A DNA stretch of 37,804 nucleotides from Deltaproteobacteria bacterium (lineage in GTDB: Bacteria > Desulfobacterota > Binatia > UBA12015), in assembly GCA_046583355.1 (NCBI GenBank), contig JAYGCM010000071.1:1-37804 (forward strand), in the 5' to 3' direction. The notes beneath the pieces were generated by a model. That model did no database searches. It had not been told where the DNA came from and was given only the letters and a program-made list of their open reading frames with translations. A program made the position numbers and the translations under genes. Below, piece by piece: positions 8,453-17,011 of the stretch; positions within the stretch are counted from its first letter, which is position 1; the number at the start of each line of letters is the position of its first letter.

Positions 8453-10549
8453 TCAGTCGATATAGCCCAGCGCACGCAGCGAATTTTCGGTCCGCTCGGA
8501 GATCACATCGGCGGCATGTGCGGACGCATTGCCTTCGAGGCGTTCGCGCAGTGCTCGACTCTCCTCGCTATGAGCATCGAGCGTAGCCTGTCGCGCGGCC
8601 GGAAGGCTTGGCTTGCGGCGCGTATGCCATTCGAAGGGATCGCTTTCGAGGTCATAGTTGCGCGTCTCGCGCGAGGTTTGGAGGGCTTTCCAGCCAGCCG
8701 CGCGAGCACCGCGCGCCTCGGGGCCGATCCACGAGAAATACACGATCCGCTCGGGGTCGATACTGCCTTCGTGGAGCCACGGGACCAGGCTCTGGCCCTG
8801 GCCCTGTGCAAGGGGCGCCAGTCCGAGTAGTTCCAGGAGGGTGGGGGCGACGTCGGTCAGGCTGGCTGGTCCGGCCACTCGTCGCCCGACGGGAATTCCG
8901 GGACCACGCAGAATGAGCGGCACACGAAGTTGTTCTTCGTGTGCGGCGAATCCGTGCCCGGGGATGCCGTGCTCTCCGAAGGACTCGCCATGGTCGGAAA
9001 GAACGACCAAGAGCGTATCGCTGCTGAGGCCAAGTTCGTCGAGTGTGTCCAGCAGCCCGGCCATCAGGTTGTCGGTCTCGCGGATCGTGCGGTCGTAGGC
9101 ATCGGCCAGGTGCTGGGTTTTCTCCGGCACGAAGGGCGGCGGGCCGCCTCCTTGCCAATGGCCGTCGTCACGAAAGAGCGCCTCGTAGGGCGGGCTCGAA
9201 TCATAGGGATCATGCGTCTGGTAGGTGTGGAGGAAGAGGAAAAAGCGCTCGTCGCGCTTCTCGCGCAGGAAGGCGCGCGCATCGGCGAAGCTGGTCGCAC
9301 CGAGTTTTTCCTCGACGACGGAGCGCTCGGTGAATTGATCGAAGCCGAACCAGAAGCCGAACGCCCCGGAGACCAAAGCATTTTCGGTGATCGCCGCGGT
9401 AGCGAACCCGCCCTGCCTTAGGGCCTGGGCCAGCGTCGTGATCGCGGTCCCGCCGCGCAGCCGTCCGCGCACCGGTTGGGCCTCCGGGTAGAGGCCGGTG
9501 AAGAGCGAAAGATGGGAAATATCGGTTTGCGGAAATGTTGTCGTGACGTTGAGGAAGGAAGTGCCCTGGTCGATCAGCCGGGCGTCGATTTGCGGGGAGG
9601 TTGCACGTGGGTAGCCGTATCCCGAGAGGTGGTCGGCGCGTAGGGTGTCGAGGGAAACCAGGATGACATTCGGCGGGCGTGCGTCGTCGTCGCGAGGCAA
9701 TGGCTGGAGGATTTCGGGCCAGGCCCAGAGGCCGCCTCCGACCAGCGGTGTCGGGGGACTCGTCTGCAAGGTGAGCAGGCAATCCGCGCTCGGGCCGGCG
9801 TGGTCGATGACGACCTCGTGCCAGCGGCGCTGCGCGGCATCCAGCGTCGCGACCTCTCGATCCAGGATGGTCGCGGCGGCCTCGCCCGAACAGGCGAGAT
9901 TGGCTCGGAAGCGCAGGGGGGCGGCTTGCGCGCGCGAGGGGCCGAAGCTGAGTCGGAGTCGCGCGCCGGCGGGAATCGCGAAAGGCTGGCTTTCCAGGGT
10001 GGCTGGCAGGGGGCGATTTGCCGTCAAGCGGGCGTTCAGAAGGCCGGAGTTTTTGCCCAGCGAGGCATGGTCGACCTGGAGAGTGGCGCGGCCGTCGGCG
10101 TGCGAAACGATCTGCCAGCCGGTCTCGACATTGCGCCAGAAGTTGCTCTGGGCGAGTTCGCGCAGGAAGTTCTCGGGAACCGCGCCCATCTTGGGGTAGG
10201 TCTGGACGCTCAGGGTGAATTGACTCTGGGTGAGACTGCGCAATTCGGGAGGGAGTAGGAGCGGAATGCTGGCGCTCCCGTCTTGCGTCACGAAGGCAAT
10301 TTCCTCATGGACCAGAATCTCCCTGGCCGCGGCCAGCACCGGGCGGGCCTGGTTCTGAATCACGCCCATGGTCGCTTGTGGCGCGGCGGGTAGGCCGAAG
10401 GCTTCAGGCTGGAGCCGCCGTTGCACAAAAAAGACAGGCTCCGGTGATGTGCAGCCGAGCGCGAGCGAGAGGAGCACGAGCCCTACGCCGGAGGCGAGTG
10501 GCCCACGGCTCCCGCGGAGGTTCCTGGTTTTCAGGGGCATCCAGCGCAT
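8453..10549 (-). CDS. Lipoprotein of the sulfatase/alkaline phosphatase superfamily with a long N-terminal extension
   Basis: Lipobox LSLALG-C, PNVILVSLDTLRADHL, FLHTYQTHDPY, LSDHGE, VPLILRGPG, DVAPTLL and C-terminal LRALGYID. The nucleophile loop is QTDISHLSLFTG, with no CxPxR. Confidence 0.88.
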   Translation of the reverse strand: MRWMPLKTRNLRGSRGPLASGVGLVLLSLALGCTSPEPVFFVQRRLQPEAFGLPAAPQATMGVIQNQARPVLAAAREILVHEEIAFVTQDGSASIPLLLPPELRSLTQSQFTLSVQTYPKMGAVPENFLRELAQSNFWRNVETGWQIVSHADGRATLQVDHASLGKNSGLLNARLTANRPLPATLESQPFAIPAGARLRLSFGPSRAQAAPLRFRANLACSGEAAATILDREVATLDAAQRRWHEVVIDHAGPSADCLLTLQTSPPTPLVGGGLWAWPEILQPLPRDDDARPPNVILVSLDTLRADHLSGYGYPRATSPQIDARLIDQGTSFLNVTTTFPQTDISHLSLFTGLYPEAQPVRGRLRGGTAITTLAQALRQGGFATAAITENALVSGAFGFWFGFDQFTERSVVEEKLGATSFADARAFLREKRDERFFLFLHTYQTHDPYDSSPPYEALFRDDGHWQGGGPPPFVPEKTQHLADAYDRTIRETDNLMAGLLDTLDELGLSSDTLLVVLSDHGESFGEHGIPGHGFAAHEEQLRVPLILRGPGIPVGRRVAGPASLTDVAPTLLELLGLAPLAQGQGQSLVPWLHEGSIDPERIVYFSWIGPEARGARAAGWKALQTSRETRNYDLESDPFEWHTRRKPSLPAARQATLDAHSEESRALRERLEGNASAHAADVISERTENSLRALGYID

Positions 10550-10558
10550 GGGTCGCGG

Positions 10559-11368
10559 TCAGTCTCCGAGCCAGGCGGTGACGGCCGAGACGCGGGTTTT
10601 GTCTCGCCAGGTTTCCAGCCGGACCCGGCAGCCGCTTGCGTCAGGGTCCACGACCCGGCCACGGAGGATCAACTCTTCGCCTGGACTGCTGAAAGAGCGG
10701 ACTTTGACCCCGCGAACCTCCTCGACCGTGCGGAGGCTGCCATCGCTGCGGGGAAAAAGAAGACGAGCCTGTTCGATCTGCGCGCCAAGGAGGAGAGTAG
10801 CCGGAAAAAGTGGCTTGCGTGGGAAGTGGTCGGCGTAGATGGCGGACGCTTCGGGAATTTCCAGGCGTGCCTCAAATCCCGCACAGGGATCCGATTCGAG
10901 GATCGTGATTTGCGGGCTGTAGTCGTCGGGCGAGGCAAGCGCGCGCACGGGTAGCCCGCCGTGGCGCAAGGTTTCAAAGGCTCGGCGTACACGTTCATGG
11001 TCGTCGAAAATCTCCATCGGCAGAAGAGGGCCGATGGCTTTTTCCAGCGAGAGCACGGGTTCGCCGCAGGACGTCACGCTGCCGCGGTAGGAGAGCGCCT
11101 GGTGGCGCATCGCGGTGATCTCGACTTCGAGGTCAAGCGACCCCTCAAGCTGGCGTGTGGGGTTCACGATCACACGGCCGGCAGAGGCCGCGACCGGGCG
11201 CTGGGCGAAATCGAGTTTTTTCATTGCGACCCATCCCGCTAATTGTCCGACCGCTTCGACCAGCAGGCCCAGTGGCAGGTCTCCGGTGAGGGGAGGTGGG
11301 GCGAATTGTCCGATCGCTCCGGCTCCGGAGCGAAACGAGGTGATTCGGTCGACAAGTTGAAAAGACAT
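10559..11368 (-). CDS. Tandem (double) hot-dog fold protein, FabZ/FabA-like
   Basis: The first half has FQLVDRI and LPLGLLVEAVGQ. The second half has ADHFPRKPLFPATLLL and VKVRSFSSPGEELIL. Confidence 0.8.
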   Translation of the reverse strand: MSFQLVDRITSFRSGAGAIGQFAPPPLTGDLPLGLLVEAVGQLAGWVAMKKLDFAQRPVAASAGRVIVNPTRQLEGSLDLEVEITAMRHQALSYRGSVTSCGEPVLSLEKAIGPLLPMEIFDDHERVRRAFETLRHGGLPVRALASPDDYSPQITILESDPCAGFEARLEIPEASAIYADHFPRKPLFPATLLLGAQIEQARLLFPRSDGSLRTVEEVRGVKVRSFSSPGEELILRGRVVDPDASGCRVRLETWRDKTRVSAVTAWLGD

Positions 11369-11493
11369 TTGGGTCGGGTCCGCCGGACTTGTAGCATAGG
11401 AACTCGATTCGGCTCGCGGTTGGAAGTTGCAGTATCAGGCTGGACCGGATCGGATGAAACGGCATGCGGGGCGAAGAAGCGGGGCACGACGGG

Positions 11494-13515
11494 ATGACGA
11501 AAAGACACGCAGCAGGCGGTTTCGCCTTCGGCATTTGGATGGTGGGTTTTTTTTTCGCCACCGGGGCGTTTGCCGCAGACGGCATGGCGGAGCTCAAGGC
11601 GCGGGCGCGCGAGGCCGGCACGGTCCGGGTTTTGGTGCAATTGGCGCTGCCCGAACGAGCCGCTTCCGCGCCGGCCGAAGGCGACGCGACGCGGCGCCGG
11701 CGGATCGCCGCGGCGCGACTGCGGGTAACCGCCGCGCTGGGGCAACGCGGCGCGCGCCTCGTACGCTCGTTCGACACGGTGCCCTGGGTAGCGCTTGAGG
11801 CGGATGAGGCGACCTTGGCGCGACTCGCTGCCTCTGCCGACGTTCTGCAGGTCCGTCGCGACCGCCTGGAGAAGGCATTGCTCTTCGAGTCGGCCGAAAT
11901 CGTGCAAGCGCTGGACCTCCACGCGGCCGGAGTCACGGGCGCTGGCTGGACGGTTGCCGTGCTGGATACCGGAATTGATTCCGACCATTATTTCTTTGGC
12001 GGGCGGGTCGTGGCGGAGGCTTGTTTTTCGGCCGATGGAAGCTGCCCGAATGGCGCAACCGAGATGATGGGTGCCGGCGCGGGCGCCCCATGTGCGTATT
12101 CTCCCTCGGCCTGTGTGCATGGTACGCACGTCGCGGGAATCGTGGCGGGCAGCGGCACCAATGCCTTCGGCGTGGCGCGCGAGGCCGGCTTGATCTCGGT
12201 GCAGATCTTTACCGAAGTCACAGGCGAGGAGTGTGACGATGGCACCGAAGACCCCTGCGCGCGGACCTATATTTCCGATACCATCAAGGCGCTCGAGTAT
12301 ATCTACTCGCTGCGCTTCGAATATCGAATTGCTTCTGTCAATATGAGTATTGGTGGTGAAACATACGGCTCGGAAGCCGCTTGCGACGCGGCTGATCCGC
12401 GTGCCGATATCTTCGCGCTTCTGCGCGCCGCGGGTATCGTTTCGGTCGCCGCCGCTGGCAACGAGGGGGAGGCTGGGATTCTTTCGGCGCCAGCATGCGT
12501 ATCGTCGGTCGTCAGTGTCTCTGCCACGAATGATTCGGACGCGATCGCGAGCTTTGCCAATACGGCGACCTTTCTCGATCTCCTGGCGCCAGGGGCTGGA
12601 GTGACCTCCTCGCTTCCGGGCGGCGAGTCCGGGACCTTCTCGGGAACCTCACAGGCCACGCCGCATGTCGCAGGTGCTTTTGCCCTGATCTATGATGAGC
12701 TTGGCGAGGCCGATCCGGAATCTGCGTTGGCCGCGCTGGTGGCGAGTGGACTTCCGGTTGCTGACTCGGCTACCGGGCGCAGCTACCCGCGCATCCGCAT
12801 CGTCGACGCGTTGCGTCTTCTTCTGCCGACCGGGATCCCGACGGGATTGCAGATCTCGCCCGACGGCAAACGCACTCTATTGAGCAAGGATCTGGGCGGC
12901 GAGCGTTGGGCCATCGTGGCCAACGCCGATGATGGGACGGTGACCGGGAACGTCTTTCTCGCCGATGGCAGCGACCCCGCTTTCGTCTGGTGCTCGCGCG
13001 TGGGCGACGATGGTGCCACCGACCCCTATGCGCGCATGATCACTTTCTCGTGCCACGGTGCGAATGCCTGCGGCGAGGGAAGTTGCGACGCCGCAGAATG
13101 GAACCCGATCGCCGAGGTGGAGTTGCCTGGTTCGTTCTTTTTGCCACGGCTTGCACCCGCAGCACCGAATTTCGGCGGTGAGGTAGGCGAGGCGCCGCCG
13201 GATGCCGCCTCCGGGCTACGTGTTTCGCCCGACGGTCGCCGCACGCTCATCAGCAAGGATGTCGAGGGCAAGCGCTGGGCAATCAGTCTGAATGACGACG
13301 GCAGCGTGACCGGCAACGTCTACGATCCCGCCGGTGGTGCGCCGCAATTTGTCTGGTGCTCGGGCGAAGGCAATGACGGGAACCCCGACTCCCAAGATCG
13401 TATCTATCGCTTTGCCTGCCACGGTGCCGACCCCTGCGAGTTGGCCCCGTGCGAGCAAGATGCGTGGACCTCGCTGGGGAGCGTCGAGATTTCCGGCTGG
13501 TTCTTTTTGCCCTGA
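11494..13515 (+). CDS. Secreted subtilisin-like S8 serine protease with a duplicated C-terminal domain
   Basis: Signal peptide ending AFA-AD, a prodomain, and the triad VLDTG / HGTHVAG / SGTSQATPHVAG with oxyanion AAAGN. The start could alternatively be 11464. Confidence 0.93.
   Translation: MTKRHAAGGFAFGIWMVGFFFATGAFAADGMAELKARAREAGTVRVLVQLALPERAASAPAEGDATRRRRIAAARLRVTAALGQRGARLVRSFDTVPWVALEADEATLARLAASADVLQVRRDRLEKALLFESAEIVQALDLHAAGVTGAGWTVAVLDTGIDSDHYFFGGRVVAEACFSADGSCPNGATEMMGAGAGAPCAYSPSACVHGTHVAGIVAGSGTNAFGVAREAGLISVQIFTEVTGEECDDGTEDPCARTYISDTIKALEYIYSLRFEYRIASVNMSIGGETYGSEAACDAADPRADIFALLRAAGIVSVAAAGNEGEAGILSAPACVSSVVSVSATNDSDAIASFANTATFLDLLAPGAGVTSSLPGGESGTFSGTSQATPHVAGAFALIYDELGEADPESALAALVASGLPVADSATGRSYPRIRIVDALRLLLPTGIPTGLQISPDGKRTLLSKDLGGERWAIVANADDGTVTGNVFLADGSDPAFVWCSRVGDDGATDPYARMITFSCHGANACGEGSCDAAEWNPIAEVELPGSFFLPRLAPAAPNFGGEVGEAPPDAASGLRVSPDGRRTLISKDVEGKRWAISLNDDGSVTGNVYDPAGGAPQFVWCSGEGNDGNPDSQDRIYRFACHGADPCELAPCEQDAWTSLGSVEISGWFFLP
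12844..13512 (+). repeat. Intragenic tandem duplication of a ~100-aa domain (12844-13146 and 13213-13512)
   Basis: Manual alignment gives 53/101 identical residues. Both copies have 4 aligned Cys and end FFLP. Confidence 0.92.
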
Positions 13516-13536
13516 TGTAGGGGGGCGCCTGGAGGG

Positions 13537-13560
13537 AGGCCTGCTTTTCGGCCGGGTGCT
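13537..13560 (-). repeat. Dispersed ~23-nt REP-like element, copy 1 (after the rmlD stop)
   Basis: The minus strand reads AGCACCCGGCCGAAAAGCAGGCCT, matching the copies at 16983, 21114 and 37694. Confidence 0.7.
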
Positions 13561-14387
13561 TAGCGCCGCAGGGCGTCGCAGAAAGCGTCCAGGCCCTCTT
13601 CCCATTTCGGCAGCAGGATGTGCGGTAGGCGCTCCGAGACCAGAGCCGAGAAGGCGGGCCGAGCGGCGGGCCGGGGAAAGGCGTCGGTCGTCGTCGGCGC
13701 AACCGGCGTGTCGATGCCGAGGCGCGTAAAGAGGGCACAGGTGAGCTCGTACCAGCTTGCCTGGCCGGAGCCGGCGAGGTGCCAGGTGCCGAAGGCCGCG
13801 GACTCGATCACGCGGGCGATGCCGGCGGCCAGATGCGGCGCATAGGTTGGCGACCCTACCTGATCGTGGACGACGCGCAGGGGGCCTTTCTCGGCCAAGC
13901 GGATCATTGTACGGGGGAAATTCGCACATTCTTCATGGAAGACCCAAGCCGTACGGATGATATGGTGTTTTGCATTGACCGAGCGTACGGACTCTTCGCC
14001 GGCGAGCTTGCTTGCTCCGTAGACCGAATGTGGGCAGGGTGTATCGCTTTCGGTATAGGCGCTGCCCTTGGTTCCGTCGAAAACGTAATCGGTTGAGACA
14101 TGGACGATCGTCGCGTCGTTCTCCGCGGCGGCGAGCGCCAGGTTGCGTGGCCCGACGGCGTTCACGCGAAAGGCCGCCTCCACTTGCGCTTCGGCGTCAT
14201 CGACCCGATTCCAGGCCGCCGCGTTGATGACGATCTCGGCATGCGTGCCGACGACGGCCGCACGGACGGCATCCAGGTCGGTGATATCGAGATCCGCGCG
14301 GGTACGCGCCTCGACCTCGTGGCCCGAAAGTGCGGCCGGCAGCGGGCGTCCGAGTTGGCCGCCGGCACCCGTGACGAGGATTCTCAT
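13560..14387 (-). CDS. rmlD: dTDP-4-dehydrorhamnose reductase
   Basis: [48 protein letters not shown] overlap with rmlC. Confidence 0.96.
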   Translation of the reverse strand: MRILVTGAGGQLGRPLPAALSGHEVEARTRADLDITDLDAVRAAVVGTHAEIVINAAAWNRVDDAEAQVEAAFRVNAVGPRNLALAAAENDATIVHVSTDYVFDGTKGSAYTESDTPCPHSVYGASKLAGEESVRSVNAKHHIIRTAWVFHEECANFPRTMIRLAEKGPLRVVHDQVGSPTYAPHLAAGIARVIESAAFGTWHLAGSGQASWYELTCALFTRLGIDTPVAPTTTDAFPRPAARPAFSALVSERLPHILLPKWEEGLDAFCDALRR

Positions 14388-14947
14388 TTTTCCTTGCCCG
14401 ACCAGAGCGGCAGGTCGTCGCAACAAGCGGCCAGCGTTCGGCCGTTACGGTCCTTGTTGGAGAGCAGGGGTTCGGTGGTCGGCCATTCGATGCCGATGGC
14501 GGGGTCGTTCCAACGCAGCGTAAGCTCGCCGCTCGGGTCGTAGATATCCGAGCATTTGTATTCGACCTCGGCCGTATCGCTCAGCACGCAGAACCCGTGT
14601 GCAAAGCCGATAGGGACGAAGATCTGCCGGAAGTTCTCGGCCGAGAGCTCGACGGCAACCCACTCGCTGAAGGTTGGTGAGCCGCGGCGGATATCGACTA
14701 CGACGTCAAGAATACGGCCCTGTACAACGCGCAAGAGCTTGGCCTGCGGGTGGGTGAGTTGCGCATGCAGGCCGCGCAGCGTGTCACGCACGCTCTTGGA
14801 GTGGTTGTCCTGAACGAAGCAGGCGTCAATTCCGGCTTCGCGGTAGCGCTCGGCGTGGTAGGTCTCGGTGAAAAAGCCGCGCGCGTCGCCGTGCACTTTA
14901 GGGTCAATGAAGACGACACCTTCAAGCCTGCTGGTGGTGATTTTCAC
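14384..14947 (-). CDS. rmlC: dTDP-4-dehydrorhamnose 3,5-epimerase
   Basis: [61 protein letters not shown] overlap with rmlA. Confidence 0.96.
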   Translation of the reverse strand: MKITTSRLEGVVFIDPKVHGDARGFFTETYHAERYREAGIDACFVQDNHSKSVRDTLRGLHAQLTHPQAKLLRVVQGRILDVVVDIRRGSPTFSEWVAVELSAENFRQIFVPIGFAHGFCVLSDTAEVEYKCSDIYDPSGELTLRWNDPAIGIEWPTTEPLLSNKDRNGRTLAACCDDLPLWSGKEK

Positions 14948-15837
14948 CCTGGGTGATTCTCCTGGGCGAGCATGCGCAGCAGGTACTGCCCATAGCTTGT
15001 TTTGGCGAGAGGTGCGGCGAGATTCTCGACATCGGTTGTCGAGATATAGCCCTTGCGCCATGCGATTTCCTCGAGGCAGGCGACTTTGAGGCCCTGGCGT
15101 TCTTCGATCGTCTGAATGAAGTTGCCGGCTTGCAGGAGTGCCTCATGGGTTCCGGTGTCGAGCCAGGCAAGCCCACGGCCCATCTTCTCGACCTGCAATA
15201 GGCCCTCGTCAAGATAGACCCGATTGACGTCGGTGATTTCGAGTTCGCCGCGCGGCGACGGGCGTAGGCCTTCGGCGATTTCCACGATGTGTTCGTCGTA
15301 GAAATAGAGACCCGTTACAGCCCAGGGCGAGTCCGGATTTGTCGGTTTCTCCGTCAGGCGCACGGCGGCACCATGCTGGTCGAAGTCCACGACGCCATAA
15401 CGCTCGGGGTCTGAGACCCAATAGCCGAAGACCGTGGCGCCGGTCTCGCGCGTAGCGGCGCGTGCGAGCATCTGGCTGAGGCCCTGGCCATAGAAAATAT
15501 TATCTCCCAGCGCGAGCGCGGCACGGCCTCCCTGGAGGAAATCGCGTGCGATCAGAAACGCTTGCGCAATGCCTTCGGGTTTTTCCTGGGCCGCATAGGA
15601 GAGGTTGAGGCCGAGTTCCGAGCCGTCGCCCAGGAGTCGCCGAAATGCGTCTTGCTCATGCGGCGTCGTGATGACCAGGATGTCGCGAATCGAGGCGAGC
15701 ATCAAGGTGGAGAGCGGGTAATAGACCATCGGCTTGTCGTAGACCGGCAACAATTGCTTGCTGGTCGCGCGGGTTACCGGATGGAGTCGGGTTCCTGCGC
15801 CGCCGGCGAGCAGGATACCGCGAAGCGGGGTACTCAT
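14944..15837 (-). CDS. rmlA: Glucose-1-phosphate thymidylyltransferase
   Basis: [56 protein letters not shown] 15837 overlaps the rmlB stop. Confidence 0.97.
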   Translation of the reverse strand: MSTPLRGILLAGGAGTRLHPVTRATSKQLLPVYDKPMVYYPLSTLMLASIRDILVITTPHEQDAFRRLLGDGSELGLNLSYAAQEKPEGIAQAFLIARDFLQGGRAALALGDNIFYGQGLSQMLARAATRETGATVFGYWVSDPERYGVVDFDQHGAAVRLTEKPTNPDSPWAVTGLYFYDEHIVEIAEGLRPSPRGELEITDVNRVYLDEGLLQVEKMGRGLAWLDTGTHEALLQAGNFIQTIEERQGLKVACLEEIAWRKGYISTTDVENLAAPLAKTSYGQYLLRMLAQENHPG

Positions 15838-16922
15838 GATTGACCTCCGAGGCCGAGTCGGGCGCGCGGTGAGTCGCCCTCTTGGATGGCGCGGCACCAG
15901 GCATTGTTTTCCAGATACCAGGCGACCGTGCGGCGAAATCCTTCCTCGACAGACGTCGCCGGGCGCCAGTCGAGCTCGCGCGCGACCTTGCTGCCGTCGA
16001 TCGCGTAGCGGCGGTCGTGGCCGGGACGGTCCGGGACGAAGGTCTTGAGCTCCGTGTAGCGGGTCAGCCCGCGCGCGCGCAGCGCTGCGTTCTCGGCGGC
16101 CGGGCAGAACTCTTCGAGCAGGGCACAAAGGGTGTCGATGATCTGTAGATTGGTCCGCTCGCCGCCCCCGCCGAGATTGTATTTTTCTCCGGGTATGCCG
16201 GCCTGCAGCACTCGCAGGATGCCCTCGCAATGGTCTTCGACGAAGATCCAGTCGCGGATATTGCCGCCGTCCCCGTAGATCGGAAGGTCGCGGCCCTCGA
16301 GTGCGTTGAGCAGCATCAGGGGGACGAGTTTCTCGGGGTATTGGAAGGGGCCGTAATTATTCGAGCAATTCGTGAGCAGCGTCGGCAGCCCATAGGTATG
16401 AAAATAGGCGCGCACGAAATGGTCAGCGGCGGCTTTACTGGCCGAGTAGGGCGAGTTGGGCGCGTAGGGGGTGGTCTCCGAGAACGCTCCTTGCGCACCG
16501 AGGCTACCGTAGACCTCATCGGTCGAGACGTGGAGAAAGCGGAAGGCCGAGCGTTCTTCCGGACCGGCACCGGCCAGCATCGCGCGCGCTGCGTCGAGCA
16601 GCTCGAAGGCCCCGAGCGCGTTGGTCTGCACGAACTCGCGCGGGCCGTCGATCGAGCGGTCGACATGCGACTCGGCCGCGAAGTTGACCACCCAACGTGG
16701 GCGCTGCTCGCCGATCAGGCGGCGCAGCAGAGCGGCATCGGCGATATCGCCGTGGACGAACTCAAAGCGGGAATCTTCGGCCACTTCGGCCAACGAGAGC
16801 AGGTTGCCGGCGTAGGTCAATTTGTCGAGCACGACGATCCGGGCGTCGGTCCGAGCGAGCGCGAGGCGCACGAAGTTCGCACCGATGAAACCGGCACCAC
16901 CTGTGACGAGCATCGAATCCAT
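15834..16922 (-). CDS. rmlB: dTDP-glucose 4,6-dehydratase
   Basis: [55 protein letters not shown]. Confidence 0.97.
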   Translation of the reverse strand: MDSMLVTGGAGFIGANFVRLALARTDARIVVLDKLTYAGNLLSLAEVAEDSRFEFVHGDIADAALLRRLIGEQRPRWVVNFAAESHVDRSIDGPREFVQTNALGAFELLDAARAMLAGAGPEERSAFRFLHVSTDEVYGSLGAQGAFSETTPYAPNSPYSASKAAADHFVRAYFHTYGLPTLLTNCSNNYGPFQYPEKLVPLMLLNALEGRDLPIYGDGGNIRDWIFVEDHCEGILRVLQAGIPGEKYNLGGGGERTNLQIIDTLCALLEEFCPAAENAALRARGLTRYTELKTFVPDRPGHDRRYAIDGSKVARELDWRPATSVEEGFRRTVAWYLENNAWCRAIQEGDSPRARLGLGGQS

Positions 16923-16982
16923 GCTCGGCTAAGTACCCGAGGCTCGCGTGGCCCGCCACTGCGGGAGGTTCGGCGAAAATTC

Positions 16983-17005
16983 AGGTCTGCTTTCCGGCCG
17001 GACCT
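16983..17005 (-). repeat. Dispersed REP-like element, copy 2 (after the DUF4301 stop)
   Basis: The minus strand reads AGGTCCGGCCGGAAAGCAGACCT and can form a hairpin. Confidence 0.7.
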
Positions 17006-17011
17006 GTGAAA

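Noticed and set aside
4381..13535. GTAGG...GGGGGGCG heads after the bfr (4381) and S8 protease (13517) stops as a second REP family
   Set aside because: There are only two short, divergent instances, not distinguishable from chance in GC-rich DNA.
13560..16922. rml cluster as a horizontally acquired O-antigen island
   Set aside because: Base composition looks like the flanks by eye, and there are no adjacent wzx/wzy or GT-A/B genes or mobility signatures.
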